A DNA stretch of 64,000 nucleotides from the NCBI GenBank assembly GCA_013374855.1, contig CP055308.1, forward strand, positions 337,833 through 401,832, read 5' to 3'. The notes under the pieces are model-generated. The model had not been told where the DNA came from. It made no database searches and saw only the letters and a list, made by a program, of their open reading frames with translations. Shown in pieces: positions 45,142 to 55,500 of this stretch. The position numbers and the translations under genes are program-made. This DNA comes from Candidatus Woesebacteria bacterium. GTDB taxonomy: Bacteria; Patescibacteriota; Microgenomatia; UBA8517. How positions within the stretch are numbered: position 1 is the first letter of the stretch; each line of letters opens with the position of its first letter.

Positions 45142-47565
45142 ATGGGCTTTTCTAAAAGGCTATTGTTAGTTGTCTTTTCTCTGTTATTGGTTTGTTTGTT
45201 CTCTGGCTCAGTTGCCCTAGCTAGGGAGTATCAGGAGATAATATTTAAAGATGATTTCAGAAACCTGTCTTCTTGGAACGCCTCTTTTGAACTTCCGAAC
45301 AGGGCGATGGTAGACGACTCACTGGGCTTTAGAAGTAATACTAGCTTGCTTATTGACTATGTTGAGGCGAAGGGTATTGTTAACTTAACTAAAGATCTTG
45401 GTAGTTCTTATTCCAATGTTTTAACCAGGGTTTTCTTCTACGACGATATGGATAACAGCTTGGGAACAATTGTTACCGTAAGTTCTGATAATAAACAACC
45501 TGGTTCCAACATCCCCTTCCATACAGGTATAGGTGTTATTACCAGTATATCTGATGATTATTATGTGGTGCGTCATAACGCTCTCGCAAACACTTTTGTA
45601 ACAGATATCAAAAGGAGTCGTGGTTGGCATATGTTTGAATTTGTAATTACTGATTTGGGGGTCTATTGCAAAATAGATAATGAGCTTGTGTTTAAGGAAG
45701 AAGGGAAAGATAAATTCTCTCCCCTTGTAAATAAAGATCAGAAAAGTCTAAAGCAGTTAGGAATAGTTTCTACGTGGGGTTTGACGGGTAAGGCTTGGTA
45801 TGACGAGATGTCTGTTATCAAGCCTTTTGATGGTGATTGGAAAAAATACCCCAAAATCTTATCCGCTTATCACTATGATATCTATAAGGATGTGGAATTC
45901 TCTAATCTATTTGATAGACCTTTATCTGATGATAATACGCTTCGTGCTCTTCTTGATACTTCTGCTGCATTTTATATTTATGGAAAATTGGAAAATGACG
46001 CGGATGCTGTGGGCAGAAGTTTGGAATTGTTTGGAAAGGTATTAAATGATGCGCGTTGGCGGAAAAGTGATGACTGGCAATTGGGAATAAAGATGGGCCT
46101 TCTGTTGCAGAACTCTGCGTTTATGTGGGAGGATCTTGACCCTCACGCTAGAGCTAAAGTGGTTGGTCTAGCTTACGATCGGCTGTACGAATATCTTAAC
46201 CCAAGTTATCAGTTCAGAGATCCTAAGAGTGGTTATGTATATGATTCAAAAGCTGAGGAAAACTCTTGGCATGCTTATTTCTTGGCACAGGCAGCTAACT
46301 ATTTGCCTGATTTTCCAGAAAAAGAGAGAATCGAAGAAAAAGCTCGTTGTTTCGCTTTCCATTCCATTACAACAGGGGAATCTAGATGTGGATTGACAAC
46401 GCAGACTGTTTATAAGGATTTCTCGTTGGAAAATCATGGTTTTCCACACCCTGTTTATGCAATAGCGACCATCCATCAGCTTGCAATGGGCGCATTGTCT
46501 TACGAGAGGGTGGGTAAACCGATACCGGGGGAGTTTATGCACAATGTTGTCAATCTCTATGAAAGATTCATTGAGGAACGGTTAGACTTGGGATCGTTTC
46601 ATACTAAGAATTCCCCCAAACCTGATTGGCTAGGAGCGCACAGGTCTTTATTCGTTAGCTCAGTTGGTTTTGAGTATTTGAGAAGGCTGGGGGTTAATCT
46701 GCGTTTTAATACTGAAGATGTTTTCAGAAAAATGAGTATCTTCTACTACGGTGTTCCTTGTGTCTGGATTGTAGATATGCAACAGCAGCAAAAGAATCCA
46801 GAACTGTTTCGTCTGGCTATGTTTTTGAATTCTATTTACGCTGGTGGTTATGCTAGTGCAGTTTCTACTGTGTTTGCCAATGAAGGATATTCTCTCTTTC
46901 CCCTCAAAGTCTGTGAAGATAATATATTCAATGAAAAGGTCTGGACTTCTGGTGGTGGCATAAATTGGAATTGTGACAGCAATGTTAAAAAGGTTGGTAA
47001 TACTTCTATTGTTATAAATTCTGATAACCCTGTTGATGCAGAGCTTTATTCTCCTTTGATTGAAGTTACGCCAAACAAGGAGTACTCTGTTTCATATTGG
47101 GTTAAAACACAAAATCTTCAGCCATCTGATTCAAAGGTATATGGAAGGATTATAGTAGCTCAGTATAAAGATGGAGTAAGGGAAATAGATGATGTATCAA
47201 CTGACAAAAGGATAGATACTGGATTTTCTCTAGGAGAGAATGTTTCAGGAACAACTGACTGGATTAAGAAAAGCTATACTTTCAAGACAACAGGTCAAAC
47301 AAAATACATAAGGTTAAGAGCACCACTTGGTCTTCAAGGAAAAGCAAAAGGCAAAGTGTATTTTGATGACATAGTTGTAAAAGCCAAAGATACAACATCA
47401 GACTTAAACAACGATGGCAAAGTAGATATTTTTGACTACAACATACTAATCTCAAACTTTGGAAAAACAGGCTCTCCTGGATGGATACCAGCAGATATTA
47501 ACAAAGATGGCAAAGTGGATATCTTTGACTATAATATTCTTGTAGGGGAGTTTGGAAGTGATTAG
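45142..47565 (+). CDS. Secreted modular enzyme-like protein, paralogous to 22665..26063: signal peptide, jellyroll, alpha/alpha-toroid-like domain, CBM4_9-like module and dockerin.
   Basis: The 807-aa product starts with the signal peptide MGFSKRLLLVVFSLLLVCLFSGSVALA|RE. Its last ~220 aa are identical to the 22665..26063 protein (nucleotide identity over 46898..47557). Confidence 0.75.
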   Translation: MGFSKRLLLVVFSLLLVCLFSGSVALAREYQEIIFKDDFRNLSSWNASFELPNRAMVDDSLGFRSNTSLLIDYVEAKGIVNLTKDLGSSYSNVLTRVFFYDDMDNSLGTIVTVSSDNKQPGSNIPFHTGIGVITSISDDYYVVRHNALANTFVTDIKRSRGWHMFEFVITDLGVYCKIDNELVFKEEGKDKFSPLVNKDQKSLKQLGIVSTWGLTGKAWYDEMSVIKPFDGDWKKYPKILSAYHYDIYKDVEFSNLFDRPLSDDNTLRALLDTSAAFYIYGKLENDADAVGRSLELFGKVLNDARWRKSDDWQLGIKMGLLLQNSAFMWEDLDPHARAKVVGLAYDRLYEYLNPSYQFRDPKSGYVYDSKAEENSWHAYFLAQAANYLPDFPEKERIEEKARCFAFHSITTGESRCGLTTQTVYKDFSLENHGFPHPVYAIATIHQLAMGALSYERVGKPIPGEFMHNVVNLYERFIEERLDLGSFHTKNSPKPDWLGAHRSLFVSSVGFEYLRRLGVNLRFNTEDVFRKMSIFYYGVPCVWIVDMQQQQKNPELFRLAMFLNSIYAGGYASAVSTVFANEGYSLFPLKVCEDNIFNEKVWTSGGGINWNCDSNVKKVGNTSIVINSDNPVDAELYSPLIEVTPNKEYSVSYWVKTQNLQPSDSKVYGRIIVAQYKDGVREIDDVSTDKRIDTGFSLGENVSGTTDWIKKSYTFKTTGQTKYIRLRAPLGLQGKAKGKVYFDDIVVKAKDTTSDLNNDGKVDIFDYNILISNFGKTGSPGWIPADINKDGKVDIFDYNILVGEFGSD
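46898..47557 (+). repeat. Copy 2 of the 660-bp perfect direct repeat (CBM4_9-like plus dockerin cassette).
   Basis: It is identical to 25393..26052 over its entire length by direct comparison. Confidence 0.85.
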
Positions 47566-47602
47566 CACTTGTTATTTATTAATGTTTGTGCTAACTTGAA
47601 TT

Positions 47603-47803
47603 ATGTTCAAAAACGTTATAGCTCCCATTCAGGCTTGGCTTTTGTCTCAAGGCAGGTGTGTGGGTTGTGGCAAGCCTCTTTCCAAGGGCAAAAGGGAGGG
47701 CCATATCCAGGGAACGGAAAAAGTAACCTGTTCCTGTGGTAGAATCTTTATCTATAACCCCAAAACAAAGTCTTACAGAAGGGCCCTTATAGAAGAAGTT
47801 TAA
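47603..47803 (+). CDS. Hypothetical small Cys4 zinc-ribbon protein.
   Basis: The 66-aa product has CxxC...CxC spacing (CVGCGKPL...VTCSCGRIF). It has no strong SD, and it overlaps an antisense ORF of equal length. Confidence 0.3.
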   Translation: MFKNVIAPIQAWLLSQGRCVGCGKPLSKGKREGHIQGTEKVTCSCGRIFIYNPKTKSYRRALIEEV

Positions 47804-47810
47804 CTTCTCC

Positions 47811-48797
47811 ATGAAGAAGTTTTTTTTCTTTTTATTGATTTTTTTAGTTATTTTTTTCTTTCTCTATCTTTGGTGGGTAAGTCTGGCTAAGCCGGCCTCT
47901 TCTGATCAGGTAAAAAAAAGGTTTGTTATAAAAAAAGGTCTTACTACGGCACAAATTTCTAAAAAGCTAGAGGAAGAGAATATAATTAGAAGTAGTTTTG
48001 CCTTTAAATTTTATGTTCAATTTAGAGGTCTTTCTGATAAGATAAAAGCAGGCGAATATAACCTTTCCCCCTCTGATAATTTGTACGAGATAGTGCATAA
48101 TTTAATTAAGGGCCCGGATCTTATTTGGGTTACTTTGCCTGAAGGATTAAGAATAGAGGAAATGGGCATAAAGTTGGCTAAGGATCTTGAAGTTCAAGAT
48201 AAAAAGGCATTTTATAAGGAATTTTTAAAGGCTTCTGCAGGTAAGGAAGGATATCTTTTTCCTGACACTTACTTATTTTCAAGAGAAACTTTGCCGTCTA
48301 ATATCGTTTCTATTCTTTATGATAATTTTAAGCGCAAAATTTCTCCGTTTGAGGCGGATATATCAAAATCAAACTTGAGTTTAAAGGAGGTTGTTATCCT
48401 GGCTTCAATAATAGAAAGGGAAACGAGAACAGAGGAAGAAAGGCCAATTGTTGCTGGTATTTTGTTGAAACGGCTTAAAGCTGGTTGGCCACTTCAGACT
48501 GATGCAACGGTTCAATATATAGTGGGGTCAAGAAATTGCAAGGAAGAACCATTTGATTGCAAATGGTGGCCTTTATTAGCGAAGTCTGATTTGGGGGTGG
48601 AAAGTAAATTTAATACTTATAAGATAAAAGGTCTGCCCCCCTCACCCATTGCTAATGCGGGGATTTCTTCAATAAAGTCAGTTATTTACCCAAAAGAGAC
48701 TTCTTATTGGTTTTATCTTCATGACAAGGATGGAAAAATCTATTATGCTACTTCTTTGGAAGAACACCAACAGAATATAAATCTTTATTTGAAATAA
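47811..48797 (+). CDS. mltG: Endolytic murein transglycosylase MltG (YceG family).
   Basis: The product has an N-terminal TM and YceG-family signatures (VTLPEGLRIEEMG...GYLFPDTYLF). Confidence 0.85.
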   Translation: MKKFFFFLLIFLVIFFFLYLWWVSLAKPASSDQVKKRFVIKKGLTTAQISKKLEEENIIRSSFAFKFYVQFRGLSDKIKAGEYNLSPSDNLYEIVHNLIKGPDLIWVTLPEGLRIEEMGIKLAKDLEVQDKKAFYKEFLKASAGKEGYLFPDTYLFSRETLPSNIVSILYDNFKRKISPFEADISKSNLSLKEVVILASIIERETRTEEERPIVAGILLKRLKAGWPLQTDATVQYIVGSRNCKEEPFDCKWWPLLAKSDLGVESKFNTYKIKGLPPSPIANAGISSIKSVIYPKETSYWFYLHDKDGKIYYATSLEEHQQNINLYLK

Positions 48798-49048
48798 GCA
48801 GAATTCAAAGTTAAAAGCTAGATTATAGGTATGTTTGTTTTAACTAATAGGAATTATCGATTGTGGCAAAATTTCAACTAACAAATTACAATGGATAAGA
48901 ATTGTTTGATTTAAAAGTTAAAAGTTGTAGCTAAATCAAAAATTTAATGATAGCTTTTGAATTGCTTTTCAAGAATAATTCTTAAATTCATGTAATGTTG
49001 TGATATAATGAACCAATCTTTTGGCTTTTTATAACAGTCTTTTCCCTA

Positions 49049-49076
49049 TTGACAAGATTTAAAATGAATATATAAT
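49049..49076 (+). promoter_or_regulatory. Near-consensus sigma-70 promoter TTGACA-N16-TATAAT upstream of rpoB. A second extended -10 (TGaTATAAT) lies at about 48991-48999.
   Basis: The hexamers were read directly. They sit in a 335-bp AT-rich non-coding spacer between mltG and rpoB. Confidence 0.5.
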
Positions 49077-49155
49077 CGCACCTAGGCGTATTTTTACGCT
49101 TTGTTTTGTTTGCCCAGTTTTTTGGGGCTTTTTGTGTTTAAGTGTCTCTTGCAAG

Positions 49156-52100
49156 ATGAATAAGAAAGACCAATCCAGAATTAATTTGGGGAAGGAATAT
49201 AAGGGATTACCTGAATTAGATTTAGTTTTAGTACAAAAGGAATCTTGGGAGCTTTTCCTGAAAGAAGGTATTTTGAACGAGATAAAAGAGATTTCTCCTA
49301 TTGAGGATTTTACAGGCAAGAATTGGGAGCTTTTTCTTGACAATCCTGTAATAGGTGAGCCTTCTATTACTCCCAAAAAAGCACTTGAAAAGGGTCTTAC
49401 TTATTCTGCTCCTCTTAAAGTTACTGCCACTTTGGTGAACAAAAGAAACGGGAAAAGAGTATCACAGGAAGTTTTTCTTGGAGAAATTCCCCAGATGACC
49501 GAAAGAGGAACCTTTGTAATAAGTGGTGTTGAGAGGGTGATCATAAATCAGCTTGTTAGATCTCCTGGTGTTTATTTTTCTGGTGAGCTTGATCCCTCTG
49601 CAGGTAGGATGCTTTATAAAAGCGAGATAAGACCTCTTTATGGAACGTGGTTAGAATTTGAGGTTTCAAAAAATGATGTAATTTCTGCCAGAATAGATCG
49701 CAGAAGACGTATAAATGCAATCACTTTTTTGAGGCTTTTTGGTGTTGAGTCAAATGACGAGATAAGGAGTCTTTTTAAGGCTGTTGATACTGATAGTCAG
49801 CATAAATATATAGAGAGTACCATTCAGCGTGATTTATCCACAAATAGAGAAGAAGCTCTTCTTGATTTTTACAGGAAGATGAGGCCTGGGGAGCCTGTTG
49901 TTTTGGAGAACGCTCAAAACCTTTTTGTTTCTATGTTTACTGATCCGCGCCGATATAGCTTTGGAGAGGTTGGACGCTATAAAGTTAATAAAAGATTGGC
50001 TCTTAACATTCCAAATGAAAGAGAAAATTTTGTTCTTAAAAAGGAGGATGTAGTGAGTGCTCTTGTCTACCTTATTAATCTTCAGAACGATGAAGGTAGT
50101 GTTGATGATATAGATCATCTGGGAAACAGAAGGTTAAGGCGAGTTGGAGAGCTTGTTGCTGTTAATGCTTTCAGACCGGGGCTTTTGAGGCTAGAGCGGC
50201 TTATTAAAGAAAAGATGAGTTTGATTTCATCTGCTGAAAATCCTACTCCTTCGGTTGTTATTAATTCGAGGCCTTTGGTTTCTTCATTAAATGATTTTTT
50301 TAGGCTTAGCCAGCTTTCAGCTATTCTTGACGATGCTAATCCGTTGAGTGAGATAGAGAATTTGAGAAAGATATCTGTAATGGGTACTGGGGGTATAAAT
50401 AAAGAGAGAGCTTCTTTTTCTGTTCGTGATATAGGTAGTTCTCAATATGGAAGAATAGATCCTGTTAAAACACCAGAGGGACCAAATATTGGTCTTGTTA
50501 CCCACCTTGCTCTTTATGCAAGAGTCAATAATTTTGGCTTTATAGAAGCGCCTTACAGAAAATTGGAGAAAGTGAAAATTGGAGGCAAGATAAAAGTTAA
50601 GTTAACAGATGAGATTGTCTATCTTACAGCAGATGATGAAGAAGATTATCATATTACTCATGCAGGTGTAGAGGTAGATGGGGAAGGGTTTATTATTGAG
50701 AATTGGATACCTTATCGTTATAAAGGTTCTGTTTTAGAAGGTCCTGTTGAAGAGGTTGATCTTATGGACATTACTCCACGTCAGGTTGTTGGTGTGTCCT
50801 CTTCTTTGATACCTTTTCTTTCTCATGATGAGGGAGCTCGTGCTCTGATGGGATCAAACATGCAGTGTCAGGCTGTGCCATTAGTTTTGCCACAAAGCCC
50901 GGTTGTTGGCACAGGGATGGAGGCTATTGTGGCAAAATCTGTTGGTAGATCAACAATCTCAAGATCTGATGGAGTGGTAGATTATGTTGATGCCGAGAGG
51001 ATAGTGATAAAGCTTGATGGCAAGTCCAATATGTCCTTGCACGAGGACGTTGAAGTCTCTGAAGATGGTAAGTATGAGACTTATTATCTTAATAAGTTTC
51101 AAAGAACCGCCAAGTCAACATGTTACAACCAAAGGGTTTTGGTAAAGAAAGGGCAAAGAGTCAGAAAAGGTGATATTTTGGCTGATGGGCCATCAACTGA
51201 AAATGGGGAGCTTGCCTTGGGGAGAAATTTGATTGTTGCTTATGCAATTATAGAGGGTTATGGTTATGAAGACTCTATATTGATTTCGGATAGGCTTGTC
51301 AAAGAGGATTTGTTAACTTCAATTACGGTTGAAGAATACGAAGCTGATCTTGTGGAAACAAAGTTGGGGCCAGAAGAGTTAACCCGTGATATTCCAAATG
51401 TTTCAGAGTCTGACCTTGCCAATTTAGCTGAAGACGGGATAGTTGTTATAGGTGCGGAAGTTGGCCCAGGTGATATTTTGGTTGGGAAAATTGCACCCAA
51501 AGGAGAAAAAGAACTTACATCGGAGGAACGATTGTTGAGAGCTATATTTGGTGAGAAAGCTCGTGAGGTTAGAGATACTTCTTTGCGGATGCCACATGGC
51601 GAAAGGGGTACTGTCATTGGTGTTCAAATATTAGATAGAGAACAAGGAGATGAATTGGGCCCGGGTGTTATTAAGAGAGTTATTGTCAAGGTTGCTCAGA
51701 TGAGAAAAATAGAAGTTGGTGATAAGGTTGCAGGAAGGCATGGTAATAAGGGTGTTATAGCTAAGATTTTCCCTCAGGCTGACATGCCTTTTATGGAAGA
51801 TGGAACACCGGTTGACTTGGTAATTTCTCCTCTTTCTGTTGTTTCCCGTATGAATTTAGGGCAACTTTTGGAGTGTCATTTAGGTCTTTCTCTTGTTAAG
51901 AAAGGTGTTAAAGTGGCGCTGCCTGTTTTTGATAAATTTGATGAAAATTTCCTTATTGAAAATTTGAAGGAATCTGGTTTCTCTCCTTTAGGGAAAGTGA
52001 GGCTTTATAATGGGAGGACAGGAGAACCTTTTCTTGAGGATACAACAGTGGGGATAGGATACATAATTAAACTTACCCATATGGTTGAGGATAAGACTCA

Positions 52101-52527
52101 TGCTCGTTCCACCGGTCCTTATTCTTTAGTTACCCAACAACCACTTGGAGGGAAAGCACAAATGGGAGGACAAAGATTAGGAGAAATGGAGGTTTGGGCG
52201 CTTGAGGCACATAGGGCCGCTTATACTTTACAGGAAATGTTAACTATAAAATCAGATGATATAGTTGGAAGAGCGAAGGCTTTTGAGGCAATAGTTAAAG
52301 GGGTTGATATACCAGAGTCTACAGTTCCTGAAAGCTTTAAGGTTTTGGTGAGAGAACTTAATTCCTTGTGTCTGTCGATTGAGGCAAAAGGAAATGTTTA
52401 TAAAGAGATGGATGAGATTCAAGGGAGTGAAAACTTAATTAAAGAAATAGGCTCTGCTGAGCAGGTTGCTTTGGCAGAAGAGGTCTTAAATCCCGAAGGG
52501 AATATGGAAGTTGAAATGTTGCAATAG
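49156..52527 (+). CDS. rpoB: DNA-directed RNA polymerase subunit beta. The start was moved to the internal ATG (MNKKDQ).
   Basis: The product is RpoB along its full length. Confidence 0.97.
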   Translation: MNKKDQSRINLGKEYKGLPELDLVLVQKESWELFLKEGILNEIKEISPIEDFTGKNWELFLDNPVIGEPSITPKKALEKGLTYSAPLKVTATLVNKRNGKRVSQEVFLGEIPQMTERGTFVISGVERVIINQLVRSPGVYFSGELDPSAGRMLYKSEIRPLYGTWLEFEVSKNDVISARIDRRRRINAITFLRLFGVESNDEIRSLFKAVDTDSQHKYIESTIQRDLSTNREEALLDFYRKMRPGEPVVLENAQNLFVSMFTDPRRYSFGEVGRYKVNKRLALNIPNERENFVLKKEDVVSALVYLINLQNDEGSVDDIDHLGNRRLRRVGELVAVNAFRPGLLRLERLIKEKMSLISSAENPTPSVVINSRPLVSSLNDFFRLSQLSAILDDANPLSEIENLRKISVMGTGGINKERASFSVRDIGSSQYGRIDPVKTPEGPNIGLVTHLALYARVNNFGFIEAPYRKLEKVKIGGKIKVKLTDEIVYLTADDEEDYHITHAGVEVDGEGFIIENWIPYRYKGSVLEGPVEEVDLMDITPRQVVGVSSSLIPFLSHDEGARALMGSNMQCQAVPLVLPQSPVVGTGMEAIVAKSVGRSTISRSDGVVDYVDAERIVIKLDGKSNMSLHEDVEVSEDGKYETYYLNKFQRTAKSTCYNQRVLVKKGQRVRKGDILADGPSTENGELALGRNLIVAYAIIEGYGYEDSILISDRLVKEDLLTSITVEEYEADLVETKLGPEELTRDIPNVSESDLANLAEDGIVVIGAEVGPGDILVGKIAPKGEKELTSEERLLRAIFGEKAREVRDTSLRMPHGERGTVIGVQILDREQGDELGPGVIKRVIVKVAQMRKIEVGDKVAGRHGNKGVIAKIFPQADMPFMEDGTPVDLVISPLSVVSRMNLGQLLECHLGLSLVKKGVKVALPVFDKFDENFLIENLKESGFSPLGKVRLYNGRTGEPFLEDTTVGIGYIIKLTHMVEDKTHARSTGPYSLVTQQPLGGKAQMGGQRLGEMEVWALEAHRAAYTLQEMLTIKSDDIVGRAKAFEAIVKGVDIPESTVPESFKVLVRELNSLCLSIEAKGNVYKEMDEIQGSENLIKEIGSAEQVALAEEVLNPEGNMEVEMLQ

Positions 52528-52533
52528 TGTAAT

Positions 52534-55500
52534 ATGGAACCATTATCTGACATCAAAGATCTTAAGGGTTTTAGCAGTTTAATGATTAGGCTTGCTTCTC
52601 CTGAAGAGATAAGAAAATGGTCTCGTGGTGAGGTAACTAAGCCTGAAACTATTAACTATCGCACACTTAGGCCAGAGAAAGATGGTCTTTTTGATGAAAG
52701 AATTTTTGGACCAACTAAAGATTGGGAGTGTTATTGTGGCAAGTATAAGAGAATTCGTTATAAAGGGGTAGTTTGCGATAAATGCGGAGTTGAGGTCACT
52801 TTATCGAGGGTAAGAAGGGAGAGAATGGGGCACATTAACCTAGCTTGCCCTATTGCCCATGTTTGGTACTTTAAAGGTGCTCCTTCTAAAATTTCTTTAT
52901 TGCTTGACATACCTCCTCGTTCGGTTGAACAAGTGATCTATTTTGCCCGTTATATTGTTATATTGTCTGACGATAAGGGTAAAAAGCAAGCACTTGAGAA
53001 TTTAGAAAAGGCAAGAAAAGAAAGGCTTGAGAAGATTAAAAATGATTATTCTGAGAAGAAGAAAGAGTTGCAAGATTCTGCATCTTCTGAGAAAGAGAAA
53101 ATTGACAAAAAGATAAAGAATAGGGAACAGGCATCTCTTGCCAAGATAGAGATTGATCTTGAATTGAGGAAGAGGGAACAAATACTTACAGAGGAATATA
53201 ATCTTAATGTGGAGAGGACAAATCAGTTGTTTAGTAACCTTTCGCTTATAGTCAAAAATTTGAGGGAGATGTCAATTCTTTCGGAGGAAGAATTGGAGCA
53301 ACTTGCCACTTATGATGCTTCTGATTTCTTTGAAGCAAAAACAGGAGCCGAGGCAATTCTTGTTGCTTTGCAAAAAATAGATCTTGAGAAGTTAGCTTTT
53401 TCTTTGAGGAAAGAACTAGGAGAAACAAAAGAGGATTCGCCTCGATTCTCCAAACTGACCAAACGATTGAAGCTAGTTGATGGGATGAGGATTTCAAAGA
53501 TTGACCCATCGTGGATGATATTAAGAGTAATTCCTGTCTTGCCTCCCGATTTAAGACCAATGGTTCAACTTTCTGGAGGTAGATTTGCTACAAGTGATCT
53601 TAATGATCTTTACAGAAGGGTAATAAACAGAAACAATAGGTTGAAGCATTTGATAAATCTGGGTGCACCTGAAATTATATTGAGAAATGAAAAGAGGATG
53701 TTGCAAGAGGCAGTAGATTCTTTGATTGATGCTTCGCAAAGAAAGGCAACTCGCCGGGGCAAGGGAAGACAACCTTTGAGGTCCCTTTCTGATATGTTAA
53801 AAGGGAAACAGGGTAGGTTTAGGCAAAACTTGCTTGGGAAAAGAGTTGATTACTCTGGAAGGAGTGTTATTGTTGTTGGGCCAGAGCTTAAGTTTTATGA
53901 ATGTGGTTTGCCAAAGGATATGGCGCTTGAAATGTTCAAACCCTTTGTATTAAGGGAAATTATCAAGCGGGGAATAGCTCCTAATGTGCGGAGTGCCAAG
54001 AATCTTTTGGAGAAAAAGCCTCCTGAAGTCTTTGATATTTTGGAAGAAATTACCAAGGATCATCCGGTTCTTTTAAACCGGGCACCTACTCTGCACAAAC
54101 TGAGTATTCTTGCTTTTTATCCTGTCTTAATTGAGGGGAGTGCTATAAGACTTCATCCTGCTGTTTGTAATGGATTCAATGCCGATTTTGACGGAGACCA
54201 AATGGCAGTTCATGTTCCGCTTTCCAAGAAAGCTATTGAGGAGGCTCGTAATTTAATGATGCCACAAAAGAATTTGCTTAAACCAGCTGATGGTTCACCT
54301 ATAGCTACACCCTCAAGAAAGGAGATGGCTTTGGGTATCTATTATTTAACAGTTGTGGATGAAAGAATTCCTAAATATGAGGGTGTTTTTGCTGATAAGG
54401 AAGAGGCATTGACCGCTCTTTCTTTAAGGAAAATAGGGGTAAGGCAGCTTATTTCAGTAAGATTGGAGGGAAAAATAGTGGAGACCACTGCTGGCAGGAT
54501 AATGTTTAACGAGATTCTTCCATCAGGTTTTGAATTTATGAACGAGGCTATTCACTCCGGGATTATTAAGGAGATATTTAATAAAGCCTTTAAAATTTGC
54601 ACCAACGATGAGTTGGTGGAGATGATAGATAATATAAAATCGCTTGGTTTTTATGGAGGTACAATTTCTGGTATTTCTTTTGGAATTTTTGATGCGGTTG
54701 TTTATCCAGACAAGGAAAAAATTATAGGGGAGTGTGAGAAAAAAGTGTCTGCTCTTGAAGAAAGTTATGCACAAGGCCTTCTAACTTTGGAAGAAAAGAA
54801 GAAACTAACCCGTGATTATTGGATAGAGGCAAGCGACTTACTAGCTGATAAGACTTGGGAGTTGATGGATAAGTATAACCCTATCAGAGTTGTTATTGAT
54901 GCAAAAGTTGGTAGGGCTTCCAGAGATCAGGTCAAGCAATTGGCCGCGATGAGGGGATTGGTAGTTGATCCTTTGGGCAGGCCTGTTGAACTTCCTATAA
55001 AGTCTAACTTTAGGGAAGGCCTTTCCATTCTGGAGTATGTTACATCGGGAAGAGGGTCACGTAAAGGGTTAACAGATACAGCTCTCAAGACTGCTGATGC
55101 AGGTTATTTGACAAGAAGACTTGTTGATGTGGCTCATGATGTAATAATAAGATCTGAAGATTGTGGTACAAATGAGGGTATATTAATCAATCTTACTAAT
55201 CTTAAGGTTTCAGATGCCATTTTCAAAATTGCTGGGAGGTTTTCGGCAAAGGATATATTGCACCCTAAAGATTCAAAAGTGATTGTGGCGGCAGGTGAAA
55301 TTATTGATGATGATAAAGCCGAAGAGGTGGTTGAAGCTGGAATTTCTGGTGTAGAGGTTTTTTCTCCTTTGACTTGTGAATTAAAGGCAGGAGTTTGTGC
55401 TAAATGCTATGGATGGGATTTGTCTAACAAAAAGGTGGTTGAATTGGGCACACCTGTTGGAATATTAGCAGCTCAATCGATAGGTGAGCCGGGAACACAA

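Noticed and set aside
47591-47812. A 73-aa minus-strand ORF overlapping the Zn-ribbon ORF.
   Set aside because: The plus-strand alternative has a convincing CxxC...CxC zinc-ribbon spacing, whereas the minus-strand product has no recognisable features. Both remain low-confidence.
48798-49131. The 335-bp AT-rich non-coding spacer before rpoB, screened for a tRNA or small RNA.
   Set aside because: No cloverleaf-compatible GC-rich stems or conserved tRNA boxes were found; only promoter-like hexamers, which are reported as a feature.
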